A DNA stretch of 64,000 bases, from positions 93,620,001 through 93,684,000 of the forward strand of contig OZ024740.1 of assembly GCA_964016885.1 (NCBI GenBank). Direction: 5' to 3'. Positions 35,701 through 50,600 of this stretch are shown in pieces (positions within the stretch are counted from its first letter, which is position 1; the number at the start of each line of letters is the position of its first letter). The position numbers were made by a program, and so were the translations under genes. Below the pieces are notes generated by a model that saw only the letters and a program-made list of their open reading frames with translations, was not told the origin of the DNA and searched no databases. This DNA is from Eledone cirrhosa. Its lineage: Eukaryota.

Positions 35701-36814
35701 GAAGTGCCGCGCAAACAGGATGATGGCAGATTATAAAATTCGAAGGATCGTAGTCCAGCAGAAAGAGTATTTGATTTGAAATAACTAGACATATCTGAGG
35801 AACCTGTGAAGCCAGTGTCAGGTTCGATCGACAAATATATCGCTCCTCGAGCTGTTCGCCAGAGAAGCAATTGTAATACTTAATAAATTGTTATCCGATG
35901 CATCACTGATTCTTCCTTTTCCATATTATGTATTTTACATTCGATTTTCTACCTAATTCCGTGTAGTTAACTATTGTCTAGTCAATTTCTAGTAGAAATA
36001 TTAGGTAAGTGTCATATGGCTGTACATCGCGGAAAAGAATTTGTATCATTTGTCTATTATTTCTTCATAGGTACATTTCAAACTTATAGCCTCCTTTAAA
36101 TGATTGTTTGTGTGTTTAATTTTTACTGATTAGGAGCGGAAATACTCGGCTGCGCTTTCTAGCAACCAGCCTACCCGCCGACAGGCACCAATCACACACT
36201 TTCTGTATTGACGACTGGCCACGTGATGGTTCTTAGCCATTGTGAATTCATTTCTGGCGGGGATCATGGTAGAAGAATCGTTGTCTAGTTTGGGGTATCT
36301 CCTGATGACTTCCGAGCCTCGTGGATTTATCCAAGACCGGCTATATCCAAAAAGTGGAACGAAATCACCGGTTGCCAGAGCATATGAGAATTCTGGTAAA
36401 ATGTATGTATATTTGTTCTTCTAACTTCGATTCTGTACCTAGGGAACATATTAGGTAAGTGTCATCTGGCTGTACATCGCGGAAAAGAATCTGTATCATT
36501 TGTCTATTATTTCTTCATAAGTACATTTTAAACTTATAGCCTTGTTTAAATGATTTTTTGTGTGATTAATTGATACTGATTGGGAGAGGAAATAATGAAT
36601 ATATGTTATGTAATGATTCTTTGTATTTACATTTATATATATAAATATAACTGTAACATATCTGTTCACACACGTGTGCACATATATGTAACACACACAC
36701 ATATATATATGTACGTATATATATATATATATTAATATATATATTTATATATATATATATATATATGTATGTAGTATATATTTACAATATGTTGTATAAC
36801 TAATTAATTTTATT

Positions 36815-36872
<58 letters not shown>

Positions 36873-36913
36873 ATCAAAGAAGAAATAAGTAACCGAGTTC
36901 AACAGTTAAATTC

Positions 36914-36947
<34 letters not shown>

Positions 36948-37135
36948 AAATGAGTTGTGGTAAGGAAGCAGATGGACCATAATGCACTAGGTTACTCAAT
37001 ACTTAGGGTCGTAGAGTGGATAATAGGAAAGTGTATGTCCCAGACAGAAGAGCTCAAGCCATTTCAACGGCTGTATCTGAGGCCAAAAATAGCCGTCGAA
37101 AGGGGTTCAGCTCTTCCGTCGGGGCCATACACTTT

Positions 37136-37199
<64 letters not shown>

Positions 37200-37201
<2 letters not shown>

Positions 37202-40200
37202 AAAGATGAATATAAAATGAAAGTGCTTTTATAAAGGAATTTATTAGGTATTGACATATTTTTTCTGTAACGGACGGTGTACCTCTGTATCGCTGCTTGC
37301 GTAATCATATAATGTTAGCAAGTATTCGATAGCAAATGTATAATCAGTTGTCACTTCTTTAGATATATTTGATAACATGGAAAAAATCAGAAAAATCAAA
37401 GTATTTATATTAGTTGTAAGAAAGGAAGAAGAGAAGGGATATTATATGACAGATGGAAGGCGTTTATACAACCGTTTTGCGTTAAGCTTTTTAATATGTT
37501 GTTCAATATTAGGGGCGGTTGAATATGAAAGTTGAATAGTATTAGGGTTTAAGATTTTATTATATTTATATGATGTTGGAAAAAGTTTTTTAACTAATCG
37601 AAAGAATTGTGAGGGTAGATTGGTTTTAATAGAATCGTTATAGACCGGGTTGTACCATGTATACTCTTTACATCGCCTCCTGTTTGGTGGTGTGCGACTA
37701 TTAGTGTGTCTATTGCGGTAATGTATGTATGGTGGTGATTCTATGCTATTTCTACCTCTATGACATTTATTTTGGGTGTTTTTGGTTATCGTCCATATAT
37801 ATACTCTATATTATCTAGGTGTCCAGCCTTCCTAAGTCATCATCATAATATTCGGCATGTTGTTTGAAGGTTTGCTGGTTGGACGACAGGCGGGAGATTC
37901 TAAGGGAAATATTTCTACGGATGGATTTGATTATAGAGGGTGGATATGTTAGAACCCGTATTTACATATTTAAGGTTATTATTTAGTTTATGGAACGGTT
38001 TAATCCTTTCTGTATTGAGATTCAAAGTAACATCAAATAAATTAAGCTCTTTGAGGTTATATTAAAACGTACTATTTAATCCTAGTTCCTCAAAAAGCTT
38101 TATAATATGTTTACGCATCCTTTCTAAATTATGGTTATTCATATGCTTAACGAATAGGAGCGCATCGTCACGGTAGAGTCCACCGTGGAGATCCTTGAAT
38201 TAACCATGCAGTCTGTGGGTGATATAAATTCCCACAAGATCAGTTTCTTCCTTGAATCAATGGAACTCATGGTTATATCAAAATTAGGTCTATATTTGCA
38301 AACCCAGTAGCTATTATCACATTTAACAATAGTTTTCTTCGCTTCCATAATAATACAAATTTCATCATCCGTAAGGTCGGAGTTAGCCTTAGCGAACGAA
38401 AAGCCTTCATGCAGAGTATCAGGTGAGATTGAGGAATAACACTCATCAATATCTAACTGAATACATTTTGATTTATTCTTATCAGTAATGCTATTAAACC
38501 ATCTTATTGCCCATGGGTGTTACCCACTAGTTTAATATCTACTTTAGCCTTAACTTGGGGGATAATTCTGTTTAGTATATATTTCCTAATTTTGCCTGTT
38601 TCAGATTTAGAGGGGCATATAAGTGTAATTTTAGGGTCAGTATCGAAGTTTACCTTATCGTCCTTCAGATTGAAGGATGGTGAATCTGGTGTTAAGGGTT
38701 GCGTTCTATCGTCAATACAAAGTTTTTTAACAATTTCACATGCCGAGTTGTTGATGTTTCTAAGTGTAGCTTCATTAGTTTTCTTGTATTTGTTATGCAA
38801 TTCCTTACGGATGAAGTTATTGTAAGTCTCCACTTCCATGGTATATAGGTTTGATGTTTTGTCTGCTCTAACAATAATTCAATTGGCGTTTTTTAGATTA
38901 TTGAGCAGTGCCGTGATGTCATTCTGTAGTTTATTGTTTTTCCGTTTTGGAAATTTGATCGCCATGATCGTATACATATGAATAACCAGAATTTAGAAAG
39001 GATGCGTAAAACTATTACTAAGGTTTTTAAGGAAGTAGGATTAAATATTACGTTTGAATATAACCTCAAGAGGTTAATTTCCTTGATGTTACTTTGATCT
39101 CAATACAGAAACAATTAAACCGTTCCATAAACTAAATGAGAACCTTAAATATGTAAATCCGGGTTCTAACCATCCACCCTCTATAATTAAATCCATCCCT
39201 AGAAATATTTCCCTTAGAATCTCCCGCCTGTCGTCCAACCAGCAAACCTTCAAAGAACATGCCGATAATTATGATGATGCACTTAGGAAGGCTGTCACCT
39301 AGATATTAGAGAGTATATAGTCGACGATCACCAAAACACCCAAAATAAATCTCATAGAGGTAGAAATAACATAGAATCACCACCATACATACACTACCGC
39401 AATAGACACACTAATAGTCGCACACCACCAAAGAGAATGCGATGTAAAGTGTATATATGGTACAACCCGGTCTATAACAACTCTATTAAAACCAATCTAC
39501 CCTCACAATTCTTTCGATTAGTTAAAAAACATTTTCCAACATCACATAAATATAATAACATCTAAAACCCTAATACTATTCGACTTTCATGTTCAACCGC
39601 CCCTAATATTGAACAATATATAAAAAAAGCTTAACGCAAAACGGTTGTATAAACGCCTTCCGACACATAACAATACACGTAAAACTTCGGCTATAACATC
39701 ACAAAACAACAAACAATATCCCGTCCTGCCTAAGCAACCTCATAAACCCATCCATGGTAATATAACAACGCATAATTATAACTGTAACTTTGTCCAACCA
39801 GGAATGTGTCCGTTGAACAATCAGTGTCTTGAACGCAACATCATATACAAATATACTATCGAATCGGGTAGCCAGAAGTGGTACTATGTGGGGTCTACAA
39901 CTAACTCCTTCAAATCTCGCCTTTATAGACATCGTTACATGAAAACCTGCGTTATGTAACAACACTCGCAGACAAGGCTTGGCAGCTGCGCGAAAATAAC
40001 CAACAATTTAACTTAAGATGAGATATAATAGCGTCTTCCCCTGCATATTTCCAAGGACAGGAATCTTGTAAATTGTGTAAATGGAAATATTTTGTATTAT
40101 GAAATCCAAAAATATTTTATTAAATAACAGAATAGAGCGATCGTTATACTGTAACCATCGCTTGAAATCTACATTTTCATATTACAAACGCTACCAGGAT

Positions 40201-40850
40201 TGAACGCCTGTCTCCATCTCCGGTTGATTGTCAAAATACAAATAAACATTTTCTATTAGTCTTAATTCTATCAACTCTTCTATTATTTACCATTTAATAT
40301 AAACTGCTATAGATAAAATGAGATTTCTTAATTCAATTCCCTAATGCATATAGCAGCACGCTACCAGCATTGTTGTTATACAGTAGCAGTGACAATCTCT
40401 CTCTTCCTTACTTGATACTTTATATCTGTATTAATACTACTACTCAAACGACCAGCCATGTCCATTGTTCAATTGGTCAAATATAGATTAAAATAGGTAC
40501 TCCCAAAAATTCTTATTTAGATAAAATAAGCCATATACTCATTGTATTCTCATTAAAAAACTTCTATATACTTGTTTACCACCAAATTGAATTGCCCTCT
40601 GTCATATACTATCCCTTCTCTTCTTCCTTTCTTACAACTAATATAAATACTTTGATTTTTCTGATTTTTTCCAATTTATCCAATATCTCTGAAGAAGTGA
40701 CAACTGATTATACATTTGCTATCGAATATTTGCTAACATTATATGATTACGCAAGCAGCGATACATAGGTATTACGTCTGTTACAGAAACATATGTCAAT
40801 ACCTAATACATTCCTTTATAAAAGCACTTACATTTTATAGTCATATTTTC
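37200..40850. mobile_element. Decayed PLE in inverted configuration: 37200-38970 (-) RT + pLTR; 38975-40850 (+) thumb + GIY-YIG + pLTR
   Basis: Peptides include LKDDKVNFDTDPKITLICPSKSETG and CNFVQPGMCPLNNQCLERNIIY..YYVGSTTNSFKSRLYRH. 37480-38130 is the reverse complement of ~38985-39660, and 37200-37460 is the reverse complement of ~40595-40850. Confidence 0.88.
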
Positions 40851-40960
40851 TACATTATCTCCGGAATATAATTTATACTCGTTGAGCAAACCTACACGTA
40901 CGCTGTTCATCTCTAACGTGACGATATATTATCACTACATTATTGATAACTTGAAATGTT

Positions 40961-40998
<38 letters not shown>

Positions 40999-41925
40999 GT
41001 ATCTTTCACAAATTTCCATTCTTAACAGGAACTGCTGAACGTTTTACACTGACTTTCTGTACAACAAATCACGACACTGATGTGGCTTAATGGGAACTGA
41101 TTTGTCTTCAGAAATAGTGTGTCATATTGACATGACATTTCTAAATATTGTAATAAAACTGGATGCAAGACTTATTCTTACTACAATTTTCATATGTAGG
41201 AATGTTATATTTATTTGGATCAACCTGGAAAGGAATATTTCCAGTCTAAAATTTAAAGAAAATGGTTACCTTTGTTTAGCTTTTGGGAATAATTCCTACA
41301 TCATTTAAAAAATGTTATATAATATAGAACAGTGCTCTAGAGCTGAGGAAATGCACAATTATTTCAATTAATGTCGAGAAGCTTGTGTGAAGCATGGAAT
41401 GTAAACATGATTCTTTTTTCCCGCCATATTAATCAAACATGTATAAATGCATTCATGTTATCAGTTACAATGTTATTGCAATGTTTTTACCCATAGGAAT
41501 ATTGATGGAGGGAACGGCTTTGAATTATTAAATACTGTTTCTATAGAACAATTTGCCTGTGAAGTTTTGTTGGTAAATTTTCATTTATTTGGTGGTCAAT
41601 AAATAAACGTCCGGAAACTATTGACATAGTAGAGTTCGATGACTTAACAATTAACGTTTTGTTATGCTTTACACATAACATTTTATAGGACCAACTATAC
41701 AACAGAAAATAAAGCGTGAAAGCGAATATGCTTTTGCCAGTCCAGTATGTAAATAGATTCACTTGAAAATAAAGGCACAGCATCTCTTATTAAACTCGAT
41801 ACAAGGATGAGACACACAATCTGAAACGCATTCCTTTATTAAGACAGTCATGATGATTTACACAGTGGAATATAATTTAATTTGATTCATGTGAATTCAC
41901 TACTGGACAACTTTCCATATCTAAC

Positions 41926-41974
<49 letters not shown>

Positions 41975-42447
41975 GATATGTTTGATTAAGTTTACTTGGC
42001 ATTATGTGTCTAACTAAATCTCCTCCGCAGTCATACTACTTTGTGATACTTTGCTTTAACGAGATGCAAATGAGAGATCATCTCGTGTTTACTTTTATGT
42101 TACTTTAAACGAAACGTATGGCAAATTAACTTTTCACTTTCTTTACTTCAAGAAATATGGTTCCCCTTTGATTGAATGCGCAATATAGCTTGGCTAGAAC
42201 TAAAATCTTAGCAAACCAAGGTTTTATTTTGTATACAAATAGGAATGAAATCTGTATGTAGTACCTTTTCATTTTGATTTGGAGCGTTATATTGATATGT
42301 CAGTTCGAACTTCCATTTCAAATAATACAATTGGTGAGGTTTTCTTTAATCTGTACATATTGTGCAATAAAATAATATGTGCAACCCGCTACAATTATAT
42401 GAGGAAATTTTATATTCTCGGTATTTAAATGGATTTGATTATTTCAC

Positions 42448-42550
42448 CTGGTTTGGAAAATAAAAGTGATCGTGACATTTTTAGAATCATTCTGTCCAAG
42501 GATTCGAAAGCGAAAACCATAATCTGACGGCTTTCCAATTAATGGCATCG
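42448..42550 (-). other. Possible small host-gene exon (unverified)
   Basis: Acceptor ttatctcctcag, an open frame MPLIGKPSDYGFRFRILGQNDSKNVTITFIFQT and donor CAG/gtgaaa, in non-repetitive DNA. Confidence 0.25.
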
Positions 42551-43700
42551 CTGAGGAGATAATAGTGTAATATTAAACGATATACAAACAAAAAGGCATG
42601 GGTTGCAAACTCACCGTTAATTATTTACCTGTATTGTACGTCTCATTTATCTAGTGTATAGTGACGATTTCTCAGCCACGCAATGCTCTATTGCGAGGGC
42701 TATATTAGCGATATTTAAACTGGCTTGAAACAATTGTTTTCATCAGAATCCACAGTGTAATGAAATTCGTATTTTATTTATTCACGCTTTCGTGTATAAC
42801 TTCAATAAAGGTATTTCAAAATAATGTATGTTGATTGTTTCATATTTTTTTAATATATTTCAGTAAACTTCATATGGCAATCATTTAAAAGAAACAGGGC
42901 TTCTCTGCGATGACATTTTAATTGAATTTGAGGAACAACAAACGTTAGGAAAAATTATAATTGAAATTGTTGGGTTTTTGCATAAGTAGAATATAAACAT
43001 TTATATATCATATTGATTGGTAAGGTTACGTTTCATTGTTTCCATATATTTCAATATATAGATTACAAATTGTCTAAAATAAAAAAAAATATTCAGGACA
43101 ATATTTTGAAAATAAATATCCAATCAATATCAAACTGTGCATACATTATGTTACGTTGATAAATACTCTGAAAGCTGAACATGCTAGCTTAATTTAATTA
43201 GTATAATGTTGACGTTTCAGTCGTTATGATTATATTTTGTCTATTTTGGCGATTAGTAATATAGTCGATTTCTGATCTGTTTCTAGGGTATGGTATTGAA
43301 AGAGAAATATAACAACGAACATTTTATTTAAGGAAATAATACATCCTTGTGGTCACTGCGATGGACCTTAATGATTCATAATAAAATGGTAGAACATGAA
43401 CAGCATGATGTATAGTCCTTCATATAATTGTTGCTAAATATATAACTATAGACAAACTTAGAGAAAATATTACGTATTATGAATAGTCCAAACGAGCGGT
43501 AGAAGAAGATACCCAATCTTGAAATGGGCAATAACCCATAAATAACCTTGTTGATTGTTATTCTATGCAATTGCTAAAACAAACAAATGACAACAGTACT
43601 TTAAAAATACATAGTAAAATGATGCTGTTTTCTTGCAAACGAATCGAATATCGAATAAAACACACACATATAAATATATATATATGTGTATAGATACATA

Positions 43701-43745
<45 letters not shown>

Positions 43746-43921
43746 ACACATCAGTTAGTACACCATACTGAGAACAATAGTTTCACCTTCAGTGAGGTGT
43801 CCGAGCTGAAGATCCACACACACAAACACAGACACACACACGCATATACACACACACACATACACACACCCACATACCCACACATCCATACCCACCCACA
43901 CACCCACACATACACACACAC

Positions 43922-43961
<40 letters not shown>

Positions 43962-44017
43962 TCAGATCTAGCTGTCGAAAAGTCCGGGACTCAGCCGTCG
44001 GGGTCCTGACTCTTTTT

Positions 44018-44052
<35 letters not shown>

Positions 44053-44061
44053 GATATCTAA

Positions 44062-44298
44062 AGTCTAAAGTCTATCTTAAGCCAGAAGGCTCATTAGGAC
44101 GGTGCTTATCCCGGTTTCATGGCGTCTATCGCAGGGTTAAACCTCCACCCATTGCTGGTACTCATTTTCAGGTGAGTATACTGGAGCAACGTGAAATGAA
44201 ATGTTTTGCTCAAGAACACAACACGCAGCCCAGGAATCGAACCCACGACATTATGATCGTAACTGCAAAACTATTTCCACTAGGCCACGTGCGTCCAC
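44062..44298 (-). mobile_element. tRNA-derived SINE
   Basis: The minus strand has A box TGGCCTAGTGG, B box GGTTCGATTCC, a conserved-looking core (TTCTTGAGCAAAAC..TTGCTCCAG) and a (TAGACTT)n tail. Confidence 0.8.
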
Positions 44299-44659
44299 TT
44301 ATATATATATACGTGTACATATATACAAATGTTAAAATGTTTAACAACACAGCCTATGATACTGTAGCAAAGTTTATCGATACATGTTGCATTGAGTAAG
44401 TATGTATACAGATATGAATTATAAAAAGAAAATACATTTAAAGGCCAGCACAAAATAAAATATATGATGGAGGAAAAATGCAGTGCTATGGCAAAAACTA
44501 TCAGAAAACAATAAATATAAATATATGTATGATATCCGTCTAACATACAATACTGAATTATTTAAATGAAACAAAATTAAAGAAAATAATACCATCACAT
44601 TTTATTTGGTTCTCTTTTTCTCGTGCAGGTAGTTGTGTATATGTACAAATATATATATC

Positions 44660-44801
<142 letters not shown>

Positions 44802-45328
44802 CATATATATACACATATATATGTATATATATATATATATATTGTGGTGTAAAAGATATTATGCGAAACTGTCATGTACTAAATATTTTAGGAATATTAT
44901 TTATTTAATAAAATGGTCTCTTTTCTTGTTATTTCACTCACATAAATAGCTTAACTTGTCACAATCTTGTATAGAAAAAAACAACTTGCTTTTAGTTATG
45001 CGTTTTTCATCAAAGTATATTTTCTCAAGAGGATATATAATGAAGAACATTCATATATGAAGCTGATGATATAATATATGGTATAACATGTGTGTGCTAT
45101 AATGTAAACGAGGGACATTTGCAAAATAAATATTTTCGAACAACGTGTCTTTAGAAAAAAAACGCTCACAGAAACAAAGTTAATATTGCTCTGTTTACTT
45201 TTATGTGCGTGTTACATAATTTATATATATATATATATAGGGTAAGTTATTTCGGGTTCAATCGGAGGTGACCAGAGTAAGTAAGGTACTCAAAACATAG
45301 CAGAGTATAACAGTTTTAATATAGATTT

Positions 45329-45377
45329 GATTCTACAGGACTAGAACTGTTTCATTCTTTAGAAATCATCAGGAATC
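45329..45377 (-). ncRNA. Type I hammerhead (inverted partner 45385-45435 +; damaged copies 46133-46183 -, 62825-62875 +)
   Basis: GATTC-CTGATGA-t-TTCT-AA-AGAA-t-GAAACAG-ttctagtc-CTGTA-GAATC. Confidence 0.8.
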
Positions 45378-45983
45378 AGGAATCAGATTGCTGATGATTT
45401 CTAAAAAATGAAACAATTCTAGTCCTGTAGAATCTCATCTATATTAAAACTATATATATATACATATATACATGTGTGTGTGTGTGTGCGTGTTTGTGTG
45501 AGTGAGTGGGTGTGACTGTTTGTGTTTGTGTGTGTGTGTGTGAGTGAGTGGGTGTGTGTGTTTGTGTTTGTGTGTGTGTTTGTGTATGTATCCCCATGTT
45601 GTGTACAGCTATCAGAATACATATATATATATAACAAAGGAATTGTGGTAAGGAACGTGATGGACAATAACGCACCAGAGTATTCAATACTTAGGGTAGT
45701 AGAGTGGGAAATAGAAAAAAAAGTATGACCACGCCGGCAGAGCTCAAGCCGTTTCGACGGCTTTTCTGGACCAGAAATAGCCGTCGAAACGGCTTGAGCT
45801 CTGCCGTCGGGGTCATACTTTTTACTATATATATATATAGGAACCAGTAAGACCCCGACGGTCGAAACGGCTTGAGCTCAGCCGTCGGGGTCTTACTGGT
45901 TCCTATTACCCACTCTACTACCCTAAGTATTGAGTACTTTGGTGTGTTATGGTTCACCTGCTTCCTTACCACATTTCCTTCGT

Positions 45984-46050
<67 letters not shown>

Positions 46051-46474
46051 GTTATTGCGGGATAAATCGGAGGTAACCACAGTAAGTAAGGTACTCAATA
46101 CATTGCAGAGTATAAAAGTTTTAATATACATGAGATTTTACAAGACTAGAACTGTTTAATTCTTTAGAAATCATCAGGAATCTGGGTATCAAAAAATAAG
46201 TATGCTATTTATAGGTCTCTTCATGTGGTAGGAGAGCGTGGGGAGTGGGATGGGTGTAGGTCATTGGTTGATAGAAAAGGGAATTCATTAAAAGCTAAAT
46301 TATTTAAGGTTCTACTAAGTGACAAATGTTTAGAGAATTCTGTGGACAAATTCAAAATATTGAGTGCATATCATACAATTATCTTCACATTTCTCTTAAA
46401 CTATTCAACTATATGCCTAAAATCAACAGACACATTCACAAACACACTCACTCACACACTCGCGCGCACCCATA

Positions 46475-46565
<91 letters not shown>

Positions 46566-46650
46566 CACACACACACACATATATATATACACACAAATAT
46601 ACATACACATACGTACACACATACACACATACGTAAACATAAATAAATAA

Positions 46651-46685
<35 letters not shown>

Positions 46686-47613
46686 ACGAAGGAAATGTGG
46701 TAAGGAACCAGGTCGACCATAACGCACCAAAGTACTCAATACTTGAGGTAGTAGAGTGGGTAATAGGAACCAGCAAGACCCCGACAGCTGAGCTCAAGCC
46801 GTCGAAACGGCTTGAGCTCAGCTGTCGGGGTCTGACTGGTTCCTATATATATACATATATATACACACACACACATACATACACCTACATATACACATAT
46901 ACACACACATATATATATATATACATATATATAAATACATACATACTCTATCTCAAAATTATTTTTGAAAAGCATTTAGAAATGGGCAACCGGTAAAAAC
47001 TTAAACACTTAAAATCACAACTGAATTCTAACCCATACAATCACTAATACTCTTTTATTCCTAATTAAACCATTTTTCAACTGTGAACAATTTGTCGGCA
47101 TTTTCTATTCCGTTTACCAATATATATATATATATATATACATAGCGGCGATGAATTAGTTTTGCGAGGTTTTTTATATGAAATCGTGTGTCGAAACAGA
47201 TATTGTTATATTTGGGGAGGGTCACACATCACACATAACACTATACACACACGCAAACGCATGCGCAAAGAAGACAAAATAAAATAAGATAAACAAACAA
47301 GCAAATAAATAAATAAATATATAGACAGACTGAACAAAAAAAATGGCGTAGACATACAACACAACAGGAGGAACAATGAATATAACACCACTGACGATGT
47401 TGCAGATGTGCAACAAAAGATTTATGTAAACTATATATATATGTGTTTGTCTATATTGTATCTGTATTATTTTTGACCGCCGGTCAGTCAATGGCAACAT
47501 TGAGGACCGAGTAAGTTAGATCGCAGATATATATATATAAAAGACAGCGAGAAGCGAAAACCAACCAAACAGTGAGTGTGTTCTGTTATTAATTCTGGCA
47601 ATATTACGCAAAT

Positions 47614-50600
47614 ATGACCCTCCCCAAATATAACAATATCTGTTTCGACACACGATTTCATATAAAAAACCTCGCAAAACTAATTCATCGCCGCTATGGC
47701 ATCAGCTTGTGCCAAGCTGAAAGGTTATTGAAAGACACTGTTTTCTGTTATATAAAAACTACAATAACAACAGAACAAATCCGCTTCTTAAAACACTGTG
47801 TTTCCTCCAAAACATACACAACAAACATATCAAAACAAGTAAATAATTTATTATTGAACAAAACACAAGCTGAACGGCTAAAACACACAATAACAGTTAA
47901 TATGAAAAGAACAACATACACAAAAGTCAACGCACTCTACAGACAAAAACGCATCAACGGTAAGGAAATCCGAAATCTCATCACAGCAAACGAGAGAGAT
48001 GACTTCATGAGCGTCATCCGACGCGAAACGAAATATGCTCAAAACGAATGCTGTAGGCATTTCAAGAAGAAATTAGAATGGATGAATAAGAAAAAACTAC
48101 AAGAAAGGAAAATCGAATATTCTCAAAAATACCCAGATAACATCGACAACATCCGTATGAGTGATGTAAAACTACCGGAAGAATTTACCAATGACCACAC
48201 AGTAAATATCTATGGGAACACTTTAATCAGTGAACAAGAACAACAAATCCTAAAGTTACCTCCAAAATTTGCCATCTACAAAAAGATTAATCCTATGGAA
48301 TGCAAAACGGAGCTGGAAAAGTGTTTCACAAAAATACGTTGGAATGCAAAGGTAAACAACAACAACAATAATAACGGTAGTAGTAATATAAACAATAACT
48401 CTGGGTATAGAAATAACAGCCATAACCATAACAATGGCAGGAAAGTGAGAGATAGTGATAATGGTAATAATACTAGCGATAGACAGAACAACAACAACCA
48501 CAATAATAATAATAATAGAAACGTTAACCACAGACACAGCAACAGTGACCACAGTAGTAATAACGGTAACAATACGAACAACAACAACAACAATAACCAC
48601 AGTGGTAATAATGGAAATAGTACATGTAGCAACATCAACAAAAACAAGAAACATAATAATAGTAACAACCACAATGGTAGAGATAGCAGTAACAACAACA
48701 ATAACGGTGAAGTAAACAACAATACATCTAGCAATCATAACAATAATAATATTAATGCTAAGGATAGAAACAACAACAACCACCATGATAACAATAATAG
48801 CAACACACACAACTATGACGATAGAAATAACGACAACCCCTTAGAGAAACTATTTTTCAACCCAGCTGACAAAACATATAAGATGGGTAATATCTATCCT
48901 ACGAGGTTACCCTTTAATAAAAGAGTTTGCATACCACAACAAATAGATGACGAGACGGAGGCACAGTTCACCATAGCTAGAAATAAGATTAGACAAGTAG
49001 TAGACAGGTACACTATGAGACAGAGCAGACCAGAGGCCCAACAACTTGGGATAAAACCTGTAGAAGGCTTGGTTAGCCTCAAGCAGCGCACACGGGATGG
49101 TGAGGTAGTGTGTCTACCCACAGATAAGTCTGGTAGGATGTCAATAGATAGCATGCCGAACTACATCGAGGCAATGCAACCCCACATCACCAACACGAGC
49201 GAAGTTGCACAACTAACACACGATGGGAGAGAAAAAATCCTCAACGCTCACATGATGATGTGGACTGACATCCTAAAGCCAAGCAGACGCACTGCCAACA
49301 ACTTCCAGGCGTCTAACAATGGCATACCACCCTTGTATGGGCTCCGCAAAGACCACAAGACAGTCGACGACCCGACAATAGGACCACCAACAAGACCTGT
49401 ATGCGGAGCTAATATAGCTAGCAACTACAGGATCTCCTACTTCCTCTCAATGGTTATACGCCCCATAATCAATATGTCCCCAGATGTATGTGAAAGTACA
49501 GAGGACCTCCTCAGCAGAATCAGTGAGTGCAACAAAAACAGGAGCCTATCCAACTGCATAATAGGCAGCATGGATGTGGTGTCACTGTACCCATCCATTA
49601 ACATTGATTTTGCTGTGAAAAGATGTGTGGAGATGATCATTGAGAGTGAGGTTGAGTTCTGCGACGTCGACACAGACGAACTGGGCCTCCTACTTAGACT
49701 TACCTACGACACTGAGTACCTAGACAGCCATGACCTTAGATGTTTCTGCCCTAGTAGACCTATAAGAGGTAGACCCCCCACCATAACCTCAATGGCTAAA
49801 AAGACTCCCATAGGAAGGTGGATTGGGTGGACCAAAGCTATACGGACCCCCCAAAACACTGATCAGGTAAGAAAAATGGTCGCACATGCAATAGGGGCTA
49901 GTATCAAAACTACCCTAAAGGGCCACATATTTAAGTTCAATGAGAAAATCTACACCCAAAATGAGGGAGCAGCCATCGGCGTCAGCATAGCTGGCGATGT
50001 TGCCAACCTTTTCATGGTATGGTGGGAAAGGAGACTTAAAGATCTCCTTAATGAAAGCTCCATAGACCTCATCATGTACTCTCGTTATGTAGACGATATC
50101 AATATAGTTATAAGAACACCCCCACTAGAGAGCACTAACAAGTTTGATTTAGAACGTAGCACGATGGAAAGCATCCAGCAGATAGCTAATTCCATACACC
50201 AGAGTATAACTGTAACTATAGACTTCCCTTCCAAACACCCTAACAATAGACTACCTGTATTAGACACAGAACTCTGGATTAACACTATAGACGAGAGAGC
50301 CCAAATTCTCCACTCACACTATGCTAAACCCATGGCCTCCAAATACCTGATACTCAAAAACTCAGCAATGTCCAGTAGTGCTAAGTTTAATATTCTGATC
50401 GCAGATTTGGTACGAGTGATGAAGAATGTGTCCAGCATGTGCGACCCAACAGAAATGGAAGGACACATCCAACACTTCATCAACCGCATGCAGTTCTCTG
50501 GCTACAACCAAAGAGACAGAGTCAGAGTATACGAAGGAGCCATGGAAAAGTATAAGACCCTCATAGAACTGGACATGAAAGGAATTTGCCCACTATACAG

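Noticed and set aside
40685-40805. Possible hammerhead in the 37-41 kb PLE pLTR (CTGAAGA ... GAAAC-ATAT-GTC)
   Set aside because: I could not assemble consistent stems I and II around the core, so it is left unannotated.
44205-44298. tRNA gene
   Set aside because: A and B boxes are present, but there is no complete cloverleaf and it continues into a SINE body and tail.
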